DNA of 64,000 bases from Raillietiella orientalis (GCA_036172245.1 JAYWIR010000003.1:3348001-3412000); one strand, 5' to 3'. Shown: positions 13,838 through 26,535, counted from the first letter of the stretch. The notes: generated from the letters alone by a model not told the origin. Program-made: numbers and translations.

Positions 13838-14591
13838 TCAGTGCTGCAACTTCTATTGGGGAGATCAGAGTACCTCCAACAGTTGTTCAATGGTTGTAGG
13901 TACTCTGATCATTACTTCACTTCATGCTAACTGCAAAATTGGTTAAATTCTGGGTTACTTATAGGTGATGTTTTTGTATTTCAGCTAGTGCTGCAAATAT
14001 TAATTATTATTCATCCACACAAGCAATGTGGTTCTTGGATTATTCTTGTTTTTTTTACCTGCTTCAAAAATACAGTACATCATCAAAAATTCTGTAACTG
14101 GTATGCACAACAGGAACACTTTTACACATCATAAAAAACTGGCACACATGTTAAATACTGATATGTAATAGACACCAGCAAATCTTATTGATTCACAATT
14201 ATCAATCAAAATTGCATCATGGATAATGCTGCACTATTACAAAGAATTTTTGAACATTTCTTGAATGCTTTTTGACATGCATAACAACAATTGCACAACA
14301 CCTTTAACTTGTCCTGTGACAGTAAACTTAGCTCAGCTTTCTTGAGAAACTGAAACAAGCATGACAGCTGTCATAAAAAAAATTTGAGATTATCCTTTTG
14401 TAAATGTCATCTTCACAAGCATTTTTTTTTTTTTTTTTTTTTTACTTTTTATTGGATATTAATTCTTTCAGTCTAATTACTACCTACACTTAGTAATTAG
14501 AATACTGAGTGTGAAGCAATTTAGCAAGGATCAAAAATTAAGAGAAAAAACATCTTCACTCCCTGTTCCAAGATTTCTTTGTTTTACTTCA

Positions 14592-15220
14592 TCAGCATGC
14601 ATCTTCTGAAACAAATTAACAAAATCCATAAGACGTTACAAAAAAATATTGCAAACACTGTAATTTAGATAAGAATTCAACAGTGAAAGCACTTTTGCAA
14701 AAGGCAGAAAAATCACTTACTATTCACAGGCTTCCCATCTGACCATTTAGTAATTTTAACAGTTTTTTCTTGACTAATTTCCCTCCGGAATTCGGATTTG
14801 AGAGCCTGTCTGAGTAACTGAGCTGCAATTTCTGAATATTTCAAATAACTTAAAAAAAACAAAAAGCATCATTAAAACAACCTTATATAGTTACAAGCTT
14901 GGAATAAAATTAAGTTATGCTCTTTTTTTCGTTTTTTTTTTTAAAACAAAGATGGGAACTGATGAATTTGATAGCAATTCAACGTATGTGCACTTTTAAC
15001 ACTTGATCAAAACTTTCCATGATCACATTCACAGAAAGTTCCAGCTAGAACATACATTTGCCGATGAAAACCTTTAACGGCTCGGAATTGTTTGGCATGC
15101 AATTCTCACAAGGCTTTGCAAACTCGGCTAACGGCTGACTTTGATTTCACCACAGTATGACAGAAAACTAAAGCTTTTTACTCACTTCAAACCAGCTTGC
15201 CTCCAGTAGGTCGCCGCCAT
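14592..15220 (-). CDS. ATP5F1E: Mitochondrial ATP synthase F1 epsilon subunit (stunted-like), ~58 aa, 3 exons
   Basis: Exons 15220-15186, 14848-14721, 14605-14592 with donors gtgagt and gtaagt. Translation MAATYWRQAGLNYLKYSEIAAQLLRQALKSEFRREISQEKTVKITKWSDGKPVNKDAC* matches the family pattern WRxAGLxYxxYSxIxAxxxRxALK...KWxxGK. The last exon is less certain. Confidence 0.93.
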
Positions 15221-15549
15221 CTTGCTCACCGCCAGAGTTCGGCCCGTCTTCACCGAAGTCCCAACTTGATCCGGACGGTTAGCAAAGAAGGCTCACCTGA
15301 ACCCTCATTTCAAAGCTGCCCTTTTGAAATGAGGATCAGTTATCTTTAAAGACAGGTTCCCGGCCGACGCAGTCTGGCTAACGAACAAAATGACTAAATT
15401 TTACCATTTCACTGAATAAAGAAAATTTCGAGCTGTTGGGATTCACAAGTGCACTCGAATGGTTAGCGGGTCGATTATTTATTTATTATTTATTTAAAAT
15501 ATTTCCACTGAAGGAAGAAGGATAAATAAAAGATCAAGACAATTCGGAT

Positions 15550-16400
15550 GTCCTGTGATATTGTCCTTGATTTACATGTCGACTCATTGGGCTTGGAAAT
15601 TCTAGAGGACAGTCGACGTGCAGTCTGCAACTCCGGGGAAATCTTTTGCTTTTATGATGAATTCGAATCTTCGAGAAAGTCACCTTTTTTGAAATGCCCG
15701 TGCATCACACCGCGTTCCATCCTCGGCATGTAGAAAAAGATGTTGGGATATCCCGGGATTCAAGGGATTCATATCATGCTTCGAATGCACGGACCATCTA
15801 AAGAATCAGTTCCAAAGGAAGGTTTATAATTCAAATGAAAACATTGGATTCGGCTACTACGAATTTCGACTGCCTTTAAAGTCAACAGAAATAACTACAT
15901 ATGAAGGGCCTCGATTTTCAGTGGAAGCACCGGCAGATAACCCCGCTTAAATACAGGATACTACGCCAATTCATCATAAAATAGCTCCTGGGAAGGACGC
16001 ATTATATGATCTCTGTGCCGGATTACAAGCTATGCAATCCTATTGAATGTTCCTCCTACATCAGACATTCTTCAAATTTTTCATTGGATCACATGCTGAA
16101 GATCGGCAATTCCAGTTCTTGTGAAGAATTTAGCATACAAAAAGATAGAACCCATCGTCAGTGCCTTCAGTACTACTGGACAGAACCAGAGATCTTCATC
16201 CTCTACCTGCTAAGATGCTTTCACTCTGCAACCTCTGTTTTCATGAAAGAACAATAAGTTTTCCTAAACATATGTTGGTAACTTTGCATTTGTACCGATG
16301 CTTCTTGGTTGGACATACAATGACCGAAGATTTCTTTGGATTTTTTCCCCCATGTAAGTCAAACGTTCCTCTATCCTGCTTTCTGGATGTGATGTTCTAA
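15550..16400 (-). mobile_element. Possible decayed R2/NeSL-like RT C-terminal fragment
   Basis: Weak ordered motifs on the minus strand (NPKKS, MRPSQELFY, PNIFFYMP), many stops. Confidence 0.25.
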
Positions 16401-16517
16401 ATCAGGATGAAGGAAATCATTTCATATGGGTTTCCAATTCCGTCACTTTCCGGAAACCTATCTGGCTAGGGTGGTACTCTTTTTCTGATAGTGCGTGAGG
16501 TCATTTCGTGGGAGGGA

Positions 16518-16663
16518 GTGGCGAGCAGATCCCCGCGGTGCTACAATATCGCGTCAGTCCGCGATAGCAAAGGAGTGCATCACGTCCGGTTTCAAAAAGT
16601 GATTCTGGCATGCTGGTCGCCTGCCTGGTTGCATATCAGATATTAAACTGATAAAGAACAGAT
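16518..16663 (-). pseudogene. U2: 5'-truncated, diverged U2 snRNA copy (nt ~38 to 3' end)
   Basis: The minus strand reads ATCTGTTCTTTATCAGTTTAATATCTGATA (U2 nt 38-66 plus one extra T), then an Sm-like CTTTTTG and a stem-loop IV-like TATTGTAGCAC. The branch-point-pairing GTAGTA and the 5' 37 nt are absent. Confidence 0.85.
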
Positions 16664-17990
16664 TCTATTGAAACTTCGGTAACTACATGAGAATATGGGG
16701 GGGGGGGGGGGGAACACTTCCCACCGTCTCCACGGCGTCCTCAACGGGGAAATCTGTGAATGGAATGAAATTTTAGGTGACTCTGCTGCCTCCGGAGTAT
16801 TCGGGTCGTCCGGAGTGAAGCTCCCGTGTTGCCTGCAGAGTCGCTAAGCTGCAATACCTAGCCTGCTTGTTAAGAAATGTGATTGGTGCACACTCCACTT
16901 GCTGAAATTGAAAGCAGATCTGGTTTCAGGCGTTCCTGTCATTTAGGTACCTTGCAACTTTTACGGCACAGAGTGTAACCGACCCACGACCACGGATTTC
17001 TCAACTTTTGATGCCTTTCTTTGGTTTCCTTCCTTCCCCTCGCTCTCGATTGTTTCCATGTCCATGTGGTGGGTGGCCCGCGAGTTCGAATCCCCACGTG
17101 GAGGACCGAAGCCGAGAAAAGAATGCGTCGTGGGTTTCGAGTCCCCCCCCCCCTCGCATGAGACGCTGGTTGACTCATTCGGGTGCGGCACTTACGGAAG
17201 CCGGAAACTGGATGTCCCCCCGTCGACTAGCTAGAATTGGCAGTCGACCCTCTGAGGTCCTTCCAGGAATCATGGAGTCAGGGTTCGCCTTTGGTTGTGC
17301 AAAGGGAGCCGTGTCCTCCCCCCCCTTCTCTCAGAGGGGGACCGCTCATCGTGGAGCGCCCTTCAGAGAAATTGGGAAGCTTCCCTTCGGGATTCTCTTG
17401 AGAGGATGATTAACAAGCATAGGTTCCCCTGAGGGTTCCTTCCGGAGAAGGAATGGTGGGTTTCCTACCAAAGGCGCGAGGGACGGACTCCTTTCCTCCG
17501 GAGCCTTCCTGAATTCATAAGGTTGTCCCTCCCGGATTACACCCTATAAACTGAAGAGTCCTCCTATCCTCTTTCCTTCTCTAGATGGCAGAGGTGTAGT
17601 TAAACCTGCCTGTTCTGATTCTTGCTTCTCATACCGCATCGTGATCCTATGTGGCCAGCAATCCATGACGTCACTCACATGGCTTCTCGGGCGCGTATTC
17701 TTCCATGGAGGTCGCTTGGCTTCTCCCTCTTTTTCGAACAGACAGAGGAGTGCATTCAGTGCGTTTCGTTCCCTCCTTCCCTTTTCCCTGCCATGCTTAG
17801 ATTCTCTATTTCTATGGATTCCTGGTGCATATTGGACCACACTTGCGTTTGCCGGCAACAGGGACTCATATCACTCTGTCGCAAGCTTCCTGAATATACA
17901 GGCGACTTACGACGGGATTCCGTTCCAACGTCTCCGTCCCAAGTCGCTTCTGACATTTGTCATCTGGATATGCCGGGGCATTTATTATTA
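16664..17990 (-). mobile_element. Possible decayed 3' end of an RLE-type (Utopia/NeSL-like) non-LTR retrotransposon abutting U2, interrupted by younger repeats
   Basis: Ends ...CAATAGAA directly on U2 TCTGTTC. Scattered weak motifs across frames: RNALNALL, ...DHDAV (RHxxV-like), VVVG, LKPDLL. Heavily frameshifted. Confidence 0.35.
17060..17195 (+). mobile_element. tRNA-like SINE family copy with two B-box-like motifs
   Basis: GTTCGAATCC-CCACGTGGAGGA...GCGTCGTGGGTTTCGAGTCC...GTTGACTCATTCGGGTGCGGC. Related copies at 51215-51375(+), 40800-41180(-, interrupted), 24275-24355(-) and weakly ~56050-56150. Confidence 0.65.
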
Positions 17991-18129
17991 AAATTTTTAC
18001 AATAAAAATGTCATAATAAAGTTTTGGAAGTATGTTCAGGCAGAACACGTGTTTCTGCCTGTCTGGACACACTTGCCGCTGCCGGCCCGCAGGCCGCTGA
18101 GGTCCACTCTGGAGTCGATGGGGAAGGGA

Positions 18130-18880
18130 AAACCACAAGCAAAAACAGAAAAATCAAATAAAAACCAAGGGGAGGGAAATGTTTTGAGGTAAGGGAGGGC
18201 AGGAAAGGGATCACTGTTCGCTCCGAGTGGTTCTCTGCATCCTGTTCAGGATGCGGACAAGTTGCGGACGTAGTGGTCTTAGCCGGGACCATCGGGAAGC
18301 TTTCTCAATGTTGAGAGCCGCCCAGTGGATGGCTTTCCGGCTGTTATGTCCTCTCCTGGACGCAGTCCATTGTTCCAGGATCCCACGTATGCAGCAGAGA
18401 AATACCACGCACGCGGCTGCTGGCAGGACGTCCTGCATCAGGAGGCGAAGTAAAATATCCTTCGGGTCGCCCCCGGGAATGTTCAAGATCGCCGACAGTC
18501 GATTCCACATGGGTCGGAGGGCGAACACTCGATGATGAGGTGGGGGAAGGTCTCCCGTTCCCCGCATCCTGCACAATTAGCATCCACACTCCCTAGTGTC
18601 CAGTGGGAGAGGCGTGCTCTGCAAAGGAGTCCCCAATGCAACACTAGCAGCGCCGTCTCCTGCCAATCCAAGGGGCGGGTGCCATTGTCCTAACGCGCTG
18701 GGGCAACTTCACCTTCTCCGGAGGTATGCCGAGCAGCTCGCCCCAGCGCAAAAGTCCTTCAGACGGGACACTCGGGGTTGCAGCGTCCGCTACCTCCCCC
18801 GAGTTCTCCACGCCTTGAAGAGTTTTTTCCTGCCTTCAATGAGGCAGGACACTTCCCACGATGCCTCCTCTTGGCTGTCT
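18130..18880 (-). mobile_element. Decayed Tx1-like 3' fragment with zf-RVT zinc finger
   Basis: LHWGLLCRARLSHWTLGSVDANCAGCGERETFPHLIIEC (L1/Tx1 CCHC zf-RVT) and C-terminus KASRWSRL...LVRILNRMQRT. Confidence 0.75.
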
Positions 18881-21800
18881 GACGTAAGTCGAGGGCTCAT
18901 TCTTGATTTGTTTGATTTCTAGTGTAACATTTTCATGACAGGTTTTTAATTAACTTAAAATAGTTAAAAAATGCATAAACTTACGCAAACATGTATGAAT
19001 TATTTATTAGCGTATATGCAAATACATGAATATGTATAAAATCAAGAAAGAAAAATTCAAGAAAAAAATACATGCTCACGTTTCAAAAATGGTGCAAACA
19101 TAAACAAACTCACTAACGGTATTACGTCTACTAATTCTTCTATGTCGATAATACGGATTTCACCAGTAGAACTGTTTCTCTTACTCGACATGGTAGGGCT
19201 ACGATGGAGCACAAAAATTGCAACGAAAGTAATCAACACTTGGATTGATGATTAACAGCTAACGTCCCAAAGACTGTAATAAGTTGGAAGAATCCCTAGA
19301 ACCCCAGAGTCCCCCACAGTCCAGCGACTCCTCTAGCAAGCTCGAGGATTCACCGGTACCAGCATCAGGAAAGGATCGGGGATCCACCAGGGCTAACATT
19401 ACGCGTATGCCGGAGGCAAAGTTAAGTTAGAGAATTGGCCGGCGTAAGTGCGAATCGTCGTGAGGCGAGGATTACCTGCACTCCAAGGATGTGCGTTGCA
19501 TTCTGGAGTGAGATACACTATTATCCTCCCCCTCCACAAGGACGGCTTTGCAATGATCCTTGACAGCTCTCCCCCAGAATACCCAAGAGCTCGTACTTGT
19601 TCGGAGCCTGCAGTCTGCAGCGCCGACTATCTCTGATTACCAGATGTTGGGTTTTGCAGATGCTGATGTCGACCCTTTTGGTACAGCCCGCAGTTGCCAA
19701 CCGTTTCGCCTTCCGAGAGGGGCATCAACACACAGGGCATGTTTGACTGAGCATCTCCATGCGCGGAAATTCTCGTTTTCGAATTATGAGGGTGCTGCCG
19801 CCGCCATATGTAAGAACAAAACACTTGGGACGCTCCCTTGCCTAATGCTTCTGCTTTTGCTTTTAATTTGCATCCTCGGTCTTGCCTCCATCAGCATGCA
19901 CTTGAAACCACCTGCGGTTTCACGTCGTGTCCACATCTTCTGAACTTTGAATGGATTGATCCCCCGGCTATATCGACTGATAATGTGCATTGCCAAGGAT
20001 ACGTGTGTGGCGTATCCAGTATACTTTCTTCATTGGGACACATCATAGTATGTGACGCAATCGTTGTAGATGCCTGAACACGTGAAAATGGATCAGTACC
20101 CTCTCCTTTCCTCCACGAAGAAAAAGGGAGAGGGGAAGGGGATTACAAGTGTCTTCTGCATCTTGTTGAAGTCTGGAGGGAAATTTTTGCGCTGATGAAC
20201 AGACATTTGTGAGATTTTCTCCGCGCTTTCTGTTGGACCTAGGCGCGCTCCGCTCGAGTTGGTGTTTCAAACACCTACTTTATCAGCACGTGCACTTGGC
20301 ATGGGATGCCTATTGCACGGATATATATCGCCTACGTAACACCTGCCACGTTCATGCCTCCTATACATATGTATATATATTTCTCTCGACATCCATCGGC
20401 ATATGTGGACGCATGCACGCCTAAATTTTGAGTTTATCGAGAAGGTTTTCGCAAATGTGGCAACCCTTCGTCCGTGAATCCGGAACGCCATGGCTCGCGT
20501 TCCCCCGCACGCGCGCGCATGTGCCCCAGCGGCACGAAACTGCCTCTTTTGCTAGCAGGCGTTTCGCACGTCGTGCGTGTTGGTGGTTGTGGCCTCATGC
20601 AGATGCGTCCGAGCCATCGAAGCAGTGTGACCTGAGACTGCCATGCTTGTGAAACGCGCCGTCTTCGTGATGCTGGTCTTCTCAAGTGGTTTCATGGTAT
20701 TTTACGAAGTCCACAGAAGGCGTTTCCCGTCACAAGGTTAATATTTGCATTGATGTTTGAATCGACACGGGACCATGACAGTGCACCCGCGTCGACAGAT
20801 ACTGCAGCATCCCGGTTAGCCAAACCGATTTCGCTCATTCCTATGGTTCCGGAAATTCGGGGGCCGTTTCCTCGGTGATGGGCATTATCAGGAGGTCCCC
20901 CCCCCTCTCCCCCTAATCCGCTTCCCGCAGAGTCGCGAAACTCGCCGAAGGAACTCACGGCACTATGGGTTGGCCAGATACTGTCATTCCTGGAAATGTG
21001 CGCGGGGTAGCTGTGGCCTCGCGCCGGGATGACTTTCACGTCAAGGTCTCGCGAACGGTATCGAGGGCTCCATCCTTGAACTTATGCAAAGCCGAGCGGG
21101 AAGCGAACCCGTCTCCCCACACCCCGCTTTCAGACGTTGGATTTTCGCTCACCGTGGTCCTCCGGAGAATCCGAGCAGCGCTGCTCGACCCCACAGGATT
21201 CTTCTTCGTCCTTTTCCTGGACGCGTTGGGCTTCGCTTCCCGGCCGGGCCACTGCGTGCGTGCTTATTTCCGGGACAGACGCACGCGAACCGTCCATCTT
21301 GGCGAGGCAGGGGCAAAACAAAAGCACGCACACACACCTCAAATGGTTGCTAAGGGTGAACGAAAGCTTCCACGAGCGCACCGAGGGACACGGTCCGGCG
21401 GATGTACGGCAGGTGCGTCAGCTCCATCGGAGTGCTTTCTTCGCCTGCGTGTCGAAGACCGGCAGTGCGTCCTCCGCGCGAGGAGCAAGCCAGACGGATT
21501 GCCGGGAGCGCCCGCCGAGTCGGATATTGCCTCCGCCGTCGAAATCCTGCTGCTTCCAAAAGCACGGAGCGATCTCTGGTGCCGTTTCCCACCCGCCCTG
21601 CAGCACGGCTGGAGTCGCATCCAAGTCGATCCGTCTTCGTCCTTTTTCGACTCCGGTTGCCTGGAAACCTCGAGGGACGGAACCTGCTCGCAGCTACAAC
21701 GCAGTTTCCGGAACAAGGGGCAAGTGGGCACATGGTAAGCAGTAACTCGCTCGTAATAGTGAGCCCCGCCTTGGCCAGGACGATGCCAGAGGGGGGTTCT

Positions 21801-23045
21801 GCCTGAGTGCCCCCGACGTGTAGATTGGTCGCGGGAGTTGTGTGTTTACGGGATGAAAGATGAAATGGTACCGACCCAACGCAATGAAGGAGGCTCCTTC
21901 CCAAGTTCTCCTCACGGTGGAACAGTTTGGAAGGTGTCGTGGCTGGCGCTCTCCAGCGAGGTCTCACGGTTCCCTTCATTTCATCGTCCACTGCTTTTGT
22001 GCAAGAGAGGCACAAAAACAGCAGCAGCAGCAGTAACATCCGGGAGCCGTCGGCGGGAGGGTGGGTGCGGGAAAGGACCCGAGGGAACGGACTTTAGGGC
22101 AACTTCAGCCTTCTTCGGCTCATCCCAGATGTATCGCAGCAGATCTCCCCCCACCTGATCCTCGAAGTACTTCCGGTTTTCCTCGATGTCCGCTAGCCAG
22201 TAGTCCTCAGTCGGTCACCTCAACTTCAAACGGCTTTCTGGAAAGTCGAAGGTCAGGCTGCGCCGGGTCCACGAGCGCCACCAGCGGTGTCCATCTCGGC
22301 GAGCGGAACTGGCGCTACGGTTTGAGTTGCGGAGCTCCCGATGCGGCGCTCACCAGATTGGTTAAAGGGGTTGATTACTACGGGTAGCAGGATACGGCGG
22401 CAATCGCGCAGGCCAGCACCGTCAGAACCCCCTGAGCAGCGCAGTTTGCCTGCCCAAGCAACCGACACTGGAAAGCGGATGGCTGTGCAGAGCGCCGAGG
22501 TCATCCGTACCTGGCCCCCGTTCCTGTCGTCCGGCGTCCCGCAATCGAAAGGAGGGGGGAGGGGGCGGCAAGTTTCCTCAGGTTCTGGACCAGGCCAGCA
22601 GGATGCGGCCGGTGAGCTCAGGAGGAAGGGTTCGCGTGCTTCTCTGGATGTGACGTCGGCGCCGATCTAGGCGGCGGCAGCCGAATGCTCCTGTGGAGAT
22701 CGCGCGCAAAGAGGAAAACGATAAACTGATGCTGGACACGGTTCCTTGCACAGATGAGTTGCTCCTTGATACCGGGACACTCCACTCAACCGCGGCGAGC
22801 CCATGAAGATGGGAGTTTCAAAAATTCGAAAAAAAAACGGCGGATTCGTCGGTCTTGGTGAAAGGGACAAAGACTGAGAGGCAGTGGTCGATTGTTCGAG
22901 GCTGATGCTGAGGAGATACAGGGAGGTTTCGTTTCCTGCACGGATGGTGGGAGATGAAGGGAGGCACAATTTAGAGGGAATCCATCCGCGAACAGGGAGC
23001 CGCTCGTATTCCGTAGTCTGAATGTTGTTTCCCGTCTGGAAATAG

Positions 23046-26000
23046 GTGACCAGGACTTGACCGCTACATCCGTTCACGAAGATTTCTACGACATGCAGAT
23101 CAAGCCGGAGATTGTTGACCTCATCCGGCAGCGGCACCTCTTCGCTCCGTCGCAAGAGACCTACAACCTGCTGGCGTCATTCTATTCGGATCCTTCCATG
23201 GGGCAGTCCCAGGTCATCAGGAGGCTCTTCAGGAACGCGGTAATTCTCCTCTCGGCCTTCAGCGGACCGTGGCGCGTTTGCGGCCGAGCAGCCGGCGCAG
23301 CAAAAGGGCATCCTTATGCTTTCTCCTGAGGCGTGCGCGCTCTTCCAGAGGGGCGGATTCTTCGTGGAGTCCGGAGCCCTGGACGGGGAAACCCGCTCCA
23401 ACACGCTATACTTAGAGACCCAATTGGGATGGAGCGGCATCTTGGTCGAGCCGGACCCTCAGAACTTCGAGATGATGGTGGCCAAGCGCAGGAAAGCGTG
23501 GCTGGTCAATGTTTGCTTAGGCGTACACCCTTACCCGGAAAAAGTGAGTACACCTCTTCTGCGGTGATCCAAAATGGGTCGAATGCAGCTACGTTCCCGA
23601 AGACCGTTGCTCGGTTTTCACCACTCGGAAACGTTGCGGATCCCTTCCTTCCTTCCATCCTTTCTTTTTGGTTCTCCAAGTGCTGAAGAGGCTCTCACCT
23701 CCTTGGGAAGGGGGGAGGGCAACTACAAAACTCTTTAGCACTGTCCACGCCATCCGAGGGTGAGTTTTACTCTTCAAGTTTTAAGGGCACCCCGGGAGGG
23801 GACCACTCTATGAATCCAGGAAGGGCTCTGGAGAGGGGAGTCCGTTCCTCTCACACTTGGGAGCAAAATCATGGTTGTATCCAGATAAATCCCCGAAGGA
23901 AACCTCTCCCTTATTCTCTCCGGAGGGACTCCCGGAAAGGATCCGCTCCTTTGTTTCCTCCTGTGAAGAGAACTCTGAAGGGACGCTTCCCGATTTCCCT
24001 GAAGGGAGCAGCGCGCTTCTTTCACTTTCACTCTTCTTCTTTCACTATCCCCAGCAGGGAGAGGCAACCCCCGGCTGGGGATACCAGCCAGCTCCATGGA
24101 ACAGAACGGATTGACCAGACGGCCCCATTCTCACAACCGGAGGGGAACTCGATTCCTGGGAGGATCCTGGAGGGTTGACTTCCAAATCTCAGCCGGCCAA
24201 CGGGGGAAGCCGGGGACATGTGGCTCTCACCAGGGCCGCCACTCTCGAATCGGCCAACCAGCGTCATCTTGCAAAGGGGAGCTCGAAACCCACGAAGCAT
24301 CCATTTTTCAGTCCACCTATCTTCCATGCGGGGGTTCGAACCCGCAACGTTTGGCTCCGCTCAAACGTTCAAAAGCACTGCTGGTCCAAAACTCAATCTC
24401 CTAATGGGAAAAGCACATGTCGCCATCCCAAGTGGTCATGATTCGCCATCACCAGGGATGGCGGTCGCCAGCGCAGGCCGTGCAGCAGCATCGCCCACGG
24501 TCTCCTCGTGGGCGTGCAGTTTTTGGCTTTGTTTTGGCTCCAAGGAGCTGCCCAGCCTCTTTCGGATGGCCCAAAAATCAAACACGTGACGCCATCCCCA
24601 GTGATGGCGAATGACCGTCACTCGGAACGGTGGCACGTGTTTTTCCAACTAGAAGATGGAGCTCTTTTGGACCAGCAGCGCTTTTGCACGGTTACATGCG
24701 AGCATTCTTCGGAACGGGAAGCGTCAGCAACTTGTGTTGCACCTTCGTTTGCTCCGATTCTTTCGTGGGCCCCGCTACTGGAAGGGAAGTTGGAGGCAAA
24801 GCCGTGAAACGCAACAACCTACGGGATTTCCATTATCCTGGGCCGGTGGTAGGGATCGCCTCGTGAGGTCGCCGACGGCCTTCAGAAAAAGAGAAAAACA
24901 AGCAAACCTTTCGAGTTCTCACATGGGGATTGGATATCAGATTTTCATTGGATGCTGCTGCAGAAGCGGGTCTTCTCAGCATGGGAGCCGGGAGGACTTT
25001 TGGAAATGTCCCTTTCTGTTCTCTGTCCGGGACTCAATTCCCATATCAATTATAATATGTATCGCTCGAATCGGCGATGCGGCAGCATTGTCTACTAAGC
25101 TTCCCATGCTAGGTGACCTTCTGGTCAAACATGAACGTTGGTAAGATCGTCAACGTTTCCAAAAACACTCCGGTAGAGGTGGGAAAGCTCATCGACGTCC
25201 AGTGCTTCCCGTTCTACTCAATCCTGACGGCGCTCAACGTTACCACGATCGACTACTTCTCCCTGGATGTGGAAGGAGCGGAATTCGAGGTACTCAGGAC
25301 CATTCCCTTCCACAGACTGAACATCAAGGTGAGAACACCTTCCGGAAGGAAGCTAAGAGTTCCTTCCGAAGCCGCCGCCGGAGAGCCAGGACGCTGATTT
25401 TCCGCTGCCTCGCTAAGACGATCGCGATTCACCGGCGCCAGCTTCAATGCCCTGCCTCTAGAGACGCTCTGATCCAGTTTCGGATCCGCGTCTTTGCACA
25501 GTCTGTTTTCGCCGTGCGTACACCCTGGTGTTCCGTTAGCCCATTCTATCAGTTCGTCTTGAACCGGCGCCTCCTGCGTAGCTGGTGGCGACGGCCACGT
25601 GACGCGCCTGTGACTTCCACCAAAGCGCAGCGAGCTGCGTGAGGACGGGCCACGCGAATGGGACGGGCGGCTACCTCTCGTGGGATTGGAGATCTTTCCA
25701 ACGAGGAAAACGCCGATTCGCAGGGATGCAGGTCGCATCTCGTCTCGATCGTCTCTCGGGGTGCGATCACCTGGAACGTAGCACCCTGCCTTCGCTTTCG
25801 GGAACGGGAAGGGTGGCTGCGCGTCCGCTCCGTCCGAAAGTGGGCCAGGAAGGGGGGGAGGGGTGACGAATCCATCCTCGTTCCTGTTTCCCTGTCGCTT
25901 CCGGGAGAGCCACGCTGAACTTCCCCGGAACGCGGACGGCGTTCGGGTTCTCAGGTCTTCGTGAATGCACAAGACCGCTGTCGTGGGGGTGGCAGAACTT

Positions 26001-26535
26001 CCTCCTTTCCGCTGGCAGCGCATTTCCGCGCCGGGAAGAGGCAAGCGACTTTCTCCGGCAAGTGCGCGCGATTCAAAGGCCCCCAATTTAATTGCCGACG
26101 ACCCTCGATGCCGCTTCGGACCCTGCGCACATGTCTCGACGGAAGAGGGGAAAAAACTCTCATCGGGTGGTTTCCATGGTATTTTTAAGTAAAATCGACC
26201 TTAATGGGAGATGGCGCGACACCTGCGCCGGTAACAGATACCTGCTTGCCTCCCGGAGCCTTCTTTCACGTGCTCACTGAGCAGGTAACACGTGACGAGC
26301 GCGCGCGCCGCAGCTCCTTCCTTCTTCCGCGGGAACTCCCCGTGTCCGCGCACTCCACGATTTTGCTCTTTTGCAGACCCTCTCGGTGGAATTCTCGCAC
26401 GATCAGGTGGAGCCGAGGATCATACAGGCGTTCATGGAAAAGCGGGGCTACGAGGTGGTCACCTTGGTCACCAAGAAGAGTGGTCTGGCCAACGACTTTA
26501 TCTTTGCCAAGAAAGGATACTTCCAGCAGGAGTGA
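23046..26535 (+). CDS. Star-like / FkbM-family (Methyltransf_21) protein; 5' exon(s) not located
   Basis: Exons 23046-23239, 23349-23543, 25113-25328, 26377-26535, GT-AG and in phase. Motifs DPSMGQS, GGFFVESGALDGETRSNTLYLE-GWSGILVEP, VQCFPFYSILTAL, IDYFSLDVEGAEFEVLRTIPF, TLSVEF and NDFIF are typical of arthropod Star-like proteins. Confidence 0.92.
23731..24190 (+). repeat. ~450-bp interspersed repeat family (non-autonomous element)
   Basis: Shared C(C/T)CTTT...GTCCACGCCA(T/C)CCGA..., CTTCAAGTT... and CTATGAATCCAGGAAGGG core. Copies at 27165-27420(+), 39315-39720(+), 53105-53346(-), 17260-17560(-), 58030-58220(-). Confidence 0.8.
24365..24692. mobile_element. MITE-like element, ~95-bp imperfect terminal inverted repeats, in a Star-like gene intron
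   Basis: The left arm CAAAAGCACTGCTGGTCCAAAA...ATTCGCCATCACCAGGGATGGCG matches the reverse complement of the right arm, CAAAAGCGCTGCTGGTCCAAAA...ATTCGCCATCACTGGGGATGGCG. TSD not clear. Confidence 0.75.

Noticed and set aside
17084..17144. tRNA gene suggested by GTTCGAATCC
   Set aside because: No cloverleaf; two B-boxes in a multi-copy repeat indicate a SINE.
21350..22039. Signal-peptide-like MLLLLLLFLCLSC ORF on the minus strand
   Set aside because: The Leu run derives from a (CTG)n microsatellite and the rest has no coding signature.
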